59,140 nt of DNA from an uncultured bacterium (GTDB taxonomy: Bacteria > Verrucomicrobiota > Verrucomicrobiia > Opitutales > Intestinicryptomonadaceae): contig CAJMOT010000001.1 in NCBI GenBank assembly GCA_905214995.1, positions 1 to 59,140 of the forward strand. Direction: 5' to 3'. Positions 51,405 to 59,140 of the stretch are shown here, one piece after another. The position numbers were made by a program, and so were the translations under genes. Numbering within the stretch: position 1 is the stretch's first letter; each line of letters opens with the position of its first letter. The notes under the pieces were generated by a model that had not been told where the DNA came from, did no database searches, and worked only from the letters and a program-made list of their open reading frames with translations.

Positions 51405-52469
51405 ATGGACAGGGAAATAGACGAATTTTTACTCGAACTTTTGCGCTCGCGCTCTCCTACGGGCTCCGAGCGCGAAGCCGCCGACGTCGTTGAAAAGTAT
51501 GTCGGCGCGGCCTCCGTCGGGGGCGTCAGGCGCGACGTGCTCGGCAACCGCTACGCGGTTTACGGAAGCGGCGACAAAACCCTGATGCTCGCCGGACACA
51601 TGGACGAGATTGGGTTTATAGTATCCTACATCGACGACGACGGATTTTTGTTTTTCGAGCAGCTCGGGGGCCACGACAACGTGATGCTGCCGGGCCGCAG
51701 GGTGGCGGTGATAACCAAAAACGGCTACGTCTACGGCGTGACCGGCAAGCGCGCCGTCCACCTGATGGACGCCAAGGAACGCAAGGAGGTTCCCGAGACG
51801 CACCAGGTCTGGATAGACGTCGGGGCGCAGTCGCGCGCGGATGCGGAAAAGCTCGTCAGAATCGGCGACCCCGTAGTGTACGACACCGCCGTGCGCAGGC
51901 TTTCGCCGACGCGCTACGCGGCGCGGGCGTTCGACGACAGGGCGGGGTGCTATTGCGCGTTCGAGGCTCTCCGCCGCCTTTCGCGCGATTCCGCCAAGAC
52001 GGACTACCGCGTGGTGGCGGTCGCCACCACGCAGGAGGAGATCGGCACGCGCGGCGCGCTCACCGCCGCCTACGGCATAGACCCGCAGGTGGGGCTCGCG
52101 GTCGACGTGGACCACGCTACGGATTTCCCGACGTGCGACAGGCGCAGGTTCGGCCACATAAGGCTCGGGAAGGGGCCGGTGATTTCGCGCGGGCCGAACA
52201 TCAACCCGAAGGTTTTTGAAAGGCTCGCCGAGTGCGCCGAGCGCGAGGGCATCCCCTACCAGATCGGCGCGGAGAGCCGCCCGACCGGCACCGACGCGCG
52301 CGTGATACAGATGACGCGCGGAGGGGTGGCAACGGGGCTTTTGGGCATTCCGCTGCGCTACATGCACACGCCGTCCGAAGTCGCCGACCTGGACGACATC
52401 GAGGGTTGCGTGAGGCTGATTGCGGCGTTCGCAAAGTCCCTCAAAAATTCCGACGACTTCTCTTTCTGA
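51405..52469 (+). CDS. M42-family (TET-like) aminopeptidase
   Basis: SPTGSE, LAGHMDEIG, AFDDRAG, TQEEIG, VDVDHA, GTDA, RYMHTPSE. Confidence 0.92.
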   Translation: MDREIDEFLLELLRSRSPTGSEREAADVVEKYVGAASVGGVRRDVLGNRYAVYGSGDKTLMLAGHMDEIGFIVSYIDDDGFLFFEQLGGHDNVMLPGRRVAVITKNGYVYGVTGKRAVHLMDAKERKEVPETHQVWIDVGAQSRADAEKLVRIGDPVVYDTAVRRLSPTRYAARAFDDRAGCYCAFEALRRLSRDSAKTDYRVVAVATTQEEIGTRGALTAAYGIDPQVGLAVDVDHATDFPTCDRRRFGHIRLGKGPVISRGPNINPKVFERLAECAEREGIPYQIGAESRPTGTDARVIQMTRGGVATGLLGIPLRYMHTPSEVADLDDIEGCVRLIAAFAKSLKNSDDFSF

Positions 52470-52470
52470 C

Positions 52471-53241
52471 ATGCCGGCGCAAAAAAAGCGGCGCGTGCTT
52501 CTGACGCGCGAAAATAACGAAGCCCTCGCCTCCGCCCTGTCGGCAAAGGGCGTTGGGGTTTTGGAGATTCCCCTAATCAGAACGGTCCACGAGGCGCAGG
52601 ACGAGGATGTCGCCGACGTCATGCGCGAGATGGGCTCATACGACTGGATAACGTTTTCGAGCGCAAACGGAGTGCGGGGATTTTTCAGGGAGTTTTTCAA
52701 AAATTTTGACGACATCCGCTCGCTCGGACTCGCCCGAATAGCGTGCGTGGGCGAGGCCACCGCCGAGGAGGTTCGCAGGCTCCGCCTGCGCCCGGACGTC
52801 GTGCCCGCCGTATCCACGGCGCTCGCGATGGCGGACGCGATGGCGGAGTACGAGACGCTCGACAACTTGAAGGTTTTGTGCGTGCAGGGCAGCCTTTCGC
52901 TTCCGGATCTTCCGAATGCGCTCGACCGGAAGCACCGCGCGATAGTGGACACGGCGGTCGTCTACAAGACCGAAAAGCTCTCCGTAGACGGAAATTCAAA
53001 GGATGTCGCGGATTTCAAAAAGTACGGCGCGGACGCGGCGGTTTTCGCGAGCCCGTCCGCGGTTGAAAGCTTTGCGGCGAATGCCGAAAAGCTTCTGCTC
53101 GAAGACGGCGCGGTGCGCCCCAAGATTTTTTCAATAGGCCCGACAACCACCGAGGCCTTGAAAAAATACGGAATGCAGCCCTATATGGAGGGCGGGGACA
53201 TCGCAGGGCTGCTCTTCGCGTTTTTGGAGGCAAAGGGCTGA
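52471..53241 (+). CDS. hemD: Uroporphyrinogen-III synthase
   Basis: VLLTR, YDWITFSSANGV, ACVGEATA, VYKT, FASPSAV, SIGPTT. Confidence 0.92.
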   Translation: MPAQKKRRVLLTRENNEALASALSAKGVGVLEIPLIRTVHEAQDEDVADVMREMGSYDWITFSSANGVRGFFREFFKNFDDIRSLGLARIACVGEATAEEVRRLRLRPDVVPAVSTALAMADAMAEYETLDNLKVLCVQGSLSLPDLPNALDRKHRAIVDTAVVYKTEKLSVDGNSKDVADFKKYGADAAVFASPSAVESFAANAEKLLLEDGAVRPKIFSIGPTTTEALKKYGMQPYMEGGDIAGLLFAFLEAKG

Positions 53242-53243
53242 CC

Positions 53244-53625
53244 GTGCGCAAACCGCATTTTCCAATAAAAAGGTTTTTCGCCGAATCGGCGGCGGCTTGC
53301 GCGGGAGGCGCGCTCGGAAGGGCTGTAAGATGCGCCGTTTCCGACTGGCCATTTCCCGTTTTGCAGCGGCGGTTTTCGCGTGCAACGCGTTGGGGAGGTT
53401 TTGCGTTCGCCCTATGCGCCGATTTAGCGGGGAAGCCCCGCCCGAATTTTGGAAAATTTCATCTGTTCGGCTTTTGCGGCGGGCCCACGGCGTCTTCAAC
53501 ATTCTCGTTGCAGCGCCGGTTTTTTGCCTCCGGAGGGCGCGCGCGGGGCGTGCGTTCTGTTTTTCGGAACTTTCGCCCCCTGTCTGGCGGCGGCATTTTT
53601 GCGGATTTTGCCGGCGGAAGGCGGG
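53244..53625 (+). pseudogene. crcB: Frameshifted Fluc/CrcB fluoride channel, copy 1
   Basis: Fluc motifs are spread over three frames: AGGALG..VR, VFACNALG, GFCGGPTASSTFS, GACVLFFGTFAPCLAAAFL. Boundaries are approximate. Confidence 0.7.
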
Positions 53626-53952
53626 CGGCGTGCGCGCTGCCGCCCATATAATTATTTCCGCGCTCGGCGCCCAAATCCGCCATGTCTTCTCGGAGTTTCC
53701 GGATTCCGAAATCTTTCCATGGAGGGAATCGCGCTTTCAAATATCGCGGCTTGCGCGATTATTGCCGCGGTTGCAAAGTGCGCAAATTTGGGAGGGGAGG
53801 CGAAATTTTCCGCCGCCGGATTCGCGGCGACGCTTTTCGCGCTTTCCTCCCTTAACTGCAGGCTGTCGAAAATGCTCCGCGCCCGCAGGCATTTTGCGGC
53901 TTTTTTATACTTTTCAATTTCCGCGCTCTCCGCCGTACTTGCCCTTTCGTAA
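53626..53952 (+). pseudogene. crcB: Frameshifted Fluc/CrcB fluoride channel, copy 2
   Basis: SALGAQIR...FPW in one frame, then GIALSNIAAC...AGFAATLFALSS...AFLYFSIS in another. Boundaries are approximate. Confidence 0.55.
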
Positions 53953-54170
53953 TCCGCCGCGATTTTGCTAATGGCAATTTTTTGCAAATCAAAATTCGCG
54001 CGCGGCGGTTGCGGGGCATATGTTTTTTATCGCTTCTTCTCAGTTCCGATTCCGCGCTCAGCGGAAATTTGCCGTCCGATATTTCCAAATTTTTCCGGCG
54101 GCGGATTTGCCGGAGATCTGCCCGCGTCAAATGGAGCTTTTTTCGCAGGCGGAAAAATTGGAAAAAATCT

Positions 54171-54200
54171 TTGCTATTTTTAATAATAGTAATGATTATT
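54171..54200 (+). promoter_or_regulatory. Putative sigma70 promoter overlapped by a Fur-box-like site
   Basis: TTGCTA-17 bp-GATTAT; 54182-54200 AATAATAGTAATGATTATT matches 14/19 of GATAATGATAATCATTATC. Confidence 0.55.
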
Positions 54201-54204
54201 ATAA

Positions 54205-54353
54205 ATAATAAATCCTATATGACATAATCTACGGTTTATACTTGGTCAGTATAAATTTCGGCGCGCGCGAAAACCCATTTCGCTGAGGCGGGCGGGGCGT
54301 AGAGCGAAAGCCAAAGAGGGCGGAGCGCAAAAAGCGTCCCGCCCTTTTTTTTT
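54205..54353 (+). ncRNA. Candidate small RNA (about 145 nt), family unknown
   Basis: Lies between the promoter-like tract and a strong terminator; three internal hairpins; the only ATG opens Met-Thr-stop. The 5' end is approximate. Confidence 0.5.
54313..54353 (+). terminator. Intrinsic terminator, plus-strand oriented
   Basis: AGGGCGG-A-GCGC/GCGT-C-CCGCCCT stem followed by T9 (54345-54353). Confidence 0.85.
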
Positions 54354-54389
54354 ATTGATAGAACCGGTCCGATGTCCGTCTGTCTCGGT

Positions 54390-56890
54390 TTATTGACCGC
54401 CCCTGCGGATTTTCTTGGCGAATTCAAAAGATATCCCGCCTTTTTGGTCGAGCGCGAGGGCGGCGGAAAATTTCTTCTTTGTGCGCTTTGAAACGAAGTC
54501 GTCGATAACCGGCGTCTTGCCCGTTTCGGCGAGGCTTTCGAGCTCGGCTATCGTTATGACGTGCGAGAGCATGTTTTTCCCGAGCCTAAACGAGCACTTC
54601 TTTTCGGGCGAAGAGTCGCTGCGGCAGACATAGGCCGTGTCGGTCGCCACCAGCACGCCGTCCTTGCAGCTGCACAGCCCCATTGCCGAGCGCGGGCATT
54701 TTGCGACGACGGGCGCCTCCGCGAGATTCTCGGGCTTGCGGTCGGACGAGTCCTGACCGTCGCCGAAGTGGAATTTGAGCGCGAAATTCTCGTCGAGCTT
54801 CAGCGTGGCGGAAAACGGCTTGCCGAGCTTGCTTCGGAAGCCGTCGGGCGGGCCGGCATCAGCGACATGGAAACGTGGCGGTAATGTTTTTTTGCCACCA
54901 GCTCCCTGACTTCGTCCTCCGACATCTTGCGGTTGCCGATGGTCTTATATATAGTGAACTTCCCGTCTTTCGACTTATACGCCCTGAAAGTCTCTATCAG
55001 GTTGCCGCCGTCTATGGGATTGGGAATGTCGGTCTCCTTGTTTTCGATGCCGTCCTCCGTGAAGCTGCGCGCCTTTTCCACTATGTCGGTCGTCATCGCG
55101 CCGATTCCCTTCATGAACGCGCCGCGGGAGAGCTCGTTGCGCTCTATCAGGCGCAGTTTTTGCTCCCATTCGCCCGTCATGGCGGGGCTCGTGAGCGAGT
55201 CTATCGAAAGGACGTTGAGAAATTTTATGAGGCTCTCTGCGCGCGCGGTCGGCACGAGGTCGCGGCGGTCGCGCTCCACGAACTTGTGCGCGATGAGAGT
55301 CTCGATTATCTGCGCGCGCGTCGCGGGGGTTCCGAGCCCTTTTTCCTTCATCGCGAGCGCGAGCTCCTCGTCGTCGAGCAGCTTGCCCGCGCCTTCCATG
55401 GCGGAGAGCAGGGTGGCCTCGGTGTAGCGCGGGGGAGTCTTGGTCTTTTCCTCTTTTAGCCGCGCCTCAACAAGCCGGCCCTGTTCTTTTTCGCGGGCGA
55501 GCGCCGGGAGGATTTCGTCGTCGGAGGCCTCCTTGTTGTAGACGTTAAGCCACCCCGCCACGCGCAAAACCTTGCCTTCCGTGCGGAATACGTGGGGGCC
55601 TACCGCCGACATCCTGACCGTCACGTCGAACTGCGCTTCGGGGTAGAAGGCGGCGATGAAGCGGCGGACTATCATGTCGTAAATCCTGCGCTCGTCGTCG
55701 GTGAGCTTCTTGGGCGGCATGTCGGTCGGAATCAAGGCGAAGTGGTCGCTGACCTGCCTGTTGTCGAAAATCCTTTTGCCCGCCTTTTTGACGTAGTCCT
55801 CGTCGAGGGCTTTTTTGGCGAATTCCGCATAGGGCGAATCGAGCGCGGAGAGGGTTTTTGCGACGACGCCCCTGTAATCCTCCGGCAGCGCGCGCGAGTC
55901 CGTGCGCGGATAGGTGATCATCTTGTGCTTTTCGTAGAGCGACTGCGCTATGCTTAGCGTCCTTCCCGCGGGCAGGGAATACTTGTTGTTGGCTTCGCGT
56001 TGGAGCGAAGTGAGGTCGTAGAGCCTCGGGGCGGACTGCCTGGCGACCGTCCTCTTTTCGCTTATCTTGGCGGTTCCGATTTCACGGACCTCGTTGAGCG
56101 CCCTTTCGGCGTCCTCGTGCTTCCAGATTCTGTCCGCCTTGTCGTTGGGGTTTTTGTCGGCGGCCTTGTAGTCGGGGCGCTGGTAGACGCCCTCGTACTC
56201 GCCGTTTTCTATGCCGAATTTGCCGATTATGCGCCAGTACGGGTAGGGTTTGAAATTCTGTATTTCGCGCTCGCGGTCCACTATCATGGCGAGCGTCGGG
56301 GTCTGGACGCGGCCGACGCTCGCGAGGTTTTTGCCCCTCGAACCGTACATGCGGCTGGTGATCGCGCGCGTTCCGTTGATGCCCACGAGCCAGTCGGATT
56401 CGCTGCGGCAGCGCGCCGCGTCTTGCAGCGATTCCATTTCGGACTGGTCTTTGAGGTTGGCGAACGCCTCGCGTATGGCCGACGGCGTCATGGACGAAAC
56501 CCAGAGCCTTTGCCGCGGAAGCTTGCATTTGAGGATCTCGTAGATGTAGGTGAATATCAGTTCCCCCTCGCGGCCGGCGTCGCAGGCGTTTATCACGCCG
56601 TCGATGTCGGGGCGCGCCAAGAGCTTTTTGAGGCCCGACAGCTTGGCCTTGGTTTTTTCAATCGGTTTTAACTTGAACTTGTCGGGAATTATCGGGAGGT
56701 TTGACAGCGACCAGCGGGCGTATTTTTTGTCGATGTCCGCGGGCATGTTGAGTTCCACGAGGTGCCCGAGCGCGGAGGCTATGACATATTCGTCGTTTTC
56801 GTAATAATCGTCGATTTTTTTCGCCCTGCCTAAAACTTTGGCGATATCGGAGGCGACCGACGGCTTTTCGGCTATTATGAGCTTTTTCAT
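54390..56890 (-). CDS. topB: DNA topoisomerase III (type IA), reading frame broken near 54860-54890
   Basis: LIIAEKPSVA, GHLVEL, NACDAGREGE, SVGRVQTPTL, ITYPRTDS, GLGTPATRA. The C-terminal repeats (GPPDGFRSKLGKPFSA...; FVSKRTKKKFSAAL) continue in the -1 frame to the stop at 54390, while the 0 frame stops at 54800. Confidence 0.9.
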
Positions 56891-56985
56891 GTACGATTGG
56901 TAAAAATAGCGGGGGGTAATGCGATTTGCGAAGATTGCGCGCGCGAACCCGTCGCGCGCGCAATCCGAAAAGGGCGGCGAACCCT

Positions 56986-58068
56986 TTACTTTTTGAGGAA
57001 CTCCGGAAGTATGGAGTCGAGGTTGCGGAGCAGTTCGCGCATAGTTTCGGGCGTTTCGTCGCCCATGTTGGATATGCGGAAAGTCGCGCCCTTGATTTTC
57101 CCGTAGCCGCAGTTGAACATCATGTTGAAGCGCTTTTTGAGCTCCTCGTTGACGGCGACTATATCGACGTTGAGATTGTTCTTGAAGCAGTTTAGGGTGA
57201 TGGAGCCGTACTTTTCCTCGGGGAAGAGCTCGAAGCCGTAGCCCTTGCCCCATTCGCGGACTATCCTGTTGTTTTCGAGGTGGCGCGCGTAGCGGTTTTC
57301 GACGCCCTCGGCGAAAATGTCGTCGAGCTTGCTGCGCAGGGCGAATATCATGGAGATTATCGGCGTGGAGGGGGTCTGCGACTTGTCGTAGAACTTCTTA
57401 AATTCGAGAAAGTCGAAGTAGTAGCCTCTGCCTTCGACCTCGGCGGCGCGCTTCATCGCCTTTTCGGAGACGGAGCAGAAAGAGAGCCCCGGGGGGATGG
57501 CGAGCGCCTTCTGGCAGCCGGTCACCATGACGTCGATTCCGAGCTCGTCCTTTTTGATCGGCATTGCCGAGAAAGAGCTTACGGTGTCGACTATCGACAC
57601 CACGTCGGGAAATTTTTTTAGGACTTCCGAAATGGCCTTGATGTCGCTCATCGTGCCGGTGGAAGTCTCGTTGTGGATTATTGTGACGGCGTCGTACTTG
57701 CCGGTGGAGAGCTCTTTTTCGAGCGCTTCGGGATCGACGGGCCTGCCCCAGTCGAATTTCAGCTCTCCGGCGTTCTTGCCGCACCTTTTGGAAACGTCGT
57801 ACCACTTGTCGGCGAACGCGCCGTTGCAGCAGTTGAGCACTCCCTTTTTGACGACGTTGCGCACGGCGCCTTCCATCACGCCCCAAGAGGAGCTCGTGCT
57901 TAGAAAAACGGGGTCTTCGGTGTAGAAGAGCTGTTTGAGGCGCGGCATCACGTCCTCCACGAGCTTCACGAAGTCCTTGCTTCTGTGGCCCATGATGGGG
58001 GTCGCCATCGCCTTGTATGTTTTTTCGGACACTTCGACGGGTCCGGGAATGAACAGTTTGTATGCCAT
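56986..58068 (-). CDS. Class V PLP aminotransferase (alanine-glyoxylate/serine-pyruvate-like)
   Basis: LFIPGPV, GHRS, HNETSTG, VDTVSS, GCQKALAIPPG, FRISNMG. Confidence 0.9.
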   Translation of the reverse strand: MAYKLFIPGPVEVSEKTYKAMATPIMGHRSKDFVKLVEDVMPRLKQLFYTEDPVFLSTSSSWGVMEGAVRNVVKKGVLNCCNGAFADKWYDVSKRCGKNAGELKFDWGRPVDPEALEKELSTGKYDAVTIIHNETSTGTMSDIKAISEVLKKFPDVVSIVDTVSSFSAMPIKKDELGIDVMVTGCQKALAIPPGLSFCSVSEKAMKRAAEVEGRGYYFDFLEFKKFYDKSQTPSTPIISMIFALRSKLDDIFAEGVENRYARHLENNRIVREWGKGYGFELFPEEKYGSITLNCFKNNLNVDIVAVNEELKKRFNMMFNCGYGKIKGATFRISNMGDETPETMRELLRNLDSILPEFLKK

Positions 58069-58144
58069 ATTTTGATTGTGTGAAGTTATTTATTTAATGT
58101 AAGTTAAAAAATTCCGCGGACGGCGTCCTCGGAATGTCGGGATT

Positions 58145-58513
58145 TCAGCCTATGTTGAGGCTCTTTACGATTTTGGTATTGCGCTCCGCGAGCGTGATCG
58201 TCTTGGGTTTGGCGTTTTTTGCCTCCTCGGCGTCGGCGAGCGCGAACGACATTATAACGAGCAGGTCGCCGGGCTTGCCGAGGTGCGCCGCCGCTCCCCT
58301 GAGCGAGACCGTTCCGCTTCCGCGCTCGGCGGGGATCGCGTAGGTCTCGAACCTCTTGCCGTTGGCGATGTTGCCGACAAGTATCTTTTCGTAGGAAAGC
58401 ATTCCGACCTTGTCCATGAGGTCCTGGTCTATTGCCAGCGACCCTTCGTAATCCACCCTCGCGTCCGTCGCCTCGGCGCGGAGAAGTTTTGATTTCAGTA
58501 TTTGAACCAGCAT
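58145..58513 (-). CDS. panD: Aspartate 1-decarboxylase
   Basis: LKSKL, YEGS self-cleavage site, NG.RFETYAI, GAAAHL..PGD. Confidence 0.95.
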   Translation of the reverse strand: MLVQILKSKLLRAEATDARVDYEGSLAIDQDLMDKVGMLSYEKILVGNIANGKRFETYAIPAERGSGTVSLRGAAAHLGKPGDLLVIMSFALADAEEAKNAKPKTITLAERNTKIVKSLNIG

Positions 58514-58817
58514 GGTGCCGCCTTTTTAGTTTTAGTAAAAGCCGCGATAAATAATCGATGTTACGAAAAGGTCAACACTTTTTGCAAAAAAAGGCGGAGG
58601 CGGGGATATGCGGGCGACCGAAGGAGAAAATTTGCCAGCCGGAGATTTCAGAGGTTTTTTCCGCCATAGCCGCTTCAGCCGGTTTTGATTCTCGGGGGAG
58701 GGGAACGTCGGGAAATTCATGGCCGTCCGATTACCCGTTTTGAGGGATTTTTGGTTGCAACCCTGCGGCGCCGCGTCTTTTCTTGTCCGAAAAAAAACAC
58801 AACTTTTGAGAATTGCT

Positions 58818-59140
58818 ATGTCGGAGGATTCCAAAAACGGGGGTTCCGGAGCCGGAAGAGGGGCGGCGGGCGCGGATTTGCGCGACAGTTGGCTTGAATA
58901 CGTGGCGTGGGCGTGCGCGGCCGTGGGGCTTTCTCCGGCCTTTTACTGGCTCGGCAGGGCGGTAGCGGACAGCCAGCAGCTCAGGGACGCTTTTATAATA
59001 CTGGTCGTGGCGGGGGTCGTCATGGCAATGGAGTACCGCATAATCCCGCACAGGCCGAGGTTCGGCGGCAGCGCGCTCGCAGCCCTCGGCATAGCCTACG
59101 CCGCGTTTTTTTCGGCGGGGTTTTTCGGGGCGCTTTTCAA
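58818..59140 (+). CDS. Multi-pass membrane protein, possibly exosortase family (truncated at window end)
   Basis: Own translation: MSEDSKNGG...WLEYVAWACAAVGLSPAFYWLGRAVADSQQLRDAFIILVVAG..., three hydrophobic segments, open to the end. The catalytic region is not in the window. Confidence 0.5.
   Translation, partial: MSEDSKNGGSGAGRGAAGADLRDSWLEYVAWACAAVGLSPAFYWLGRAVADSQQLRDAFIILVVAGVVMAMEYRIIPHRPRFGGSALAALGIAYAAFFSAGFFGALF

Noticed and set aside
54150..54260. AT-rich tract as a replication origin, or the downstream RNA as SRP/6S/tmRNA
   Set aside because: I saw no TTATCCACA-type DnaA boxes and none of the conserved SRP domain IV, 6S or tmRNA signatures.

Overview
A GC-rich bacterial chromosomal segment made up mostly of housekeeping genes. 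The gene content (PEP-CTERM protein, probable exosortase, lpxA, large secreted glycoside hydrolases) suggests a Verrucomicrobia/Opitutales-like organism; this taxonomy is inferred, not shown. About 44 CDS and one tRNA-Leu(CAA) are recognisable, including xth, miaA-nth-GH2, cysE, murJ-hemE-hemN-sixA, lpxA-pdxA, tig-clpP-clpX-aroK, queF, a DegP-like protease, oligopeptidase A, priA, rpmI-rplT-pheS-pheT-tatC plus a peptide ABC transporter, hemD, topB and panD. I found no CRISPR array, IS, prophage, integrase, reverse transcriptase or defence system, and no multi-gene novel system is demonstrated. The best leads are small. (1) A candidate Fur-boxed, multi-hairpin, intrinsically terminated small RNA at about 54205-54353. 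(2) A topB reading frame broken by an apparent 26-nt insertion directly after an A-AAA-AAA run with an upstream AGGGAG, a dnaX-like -1 frameshift layout that could also be an assembly error. (3) A 95-nt intergenic copy of an internal piece of a glycoside hydrolase gene that would be antisense if read through from the degP-like gene. (4) A strong internal ribosome-binding site in front of a MotA/ExbB-like C-terminal module. (5) A TatC with a long acidic, repeat-bearing tail. (6) A decayed tandem pair of Fluc/CrcB genes. Start codons were re-picked by eye from the ORF track.
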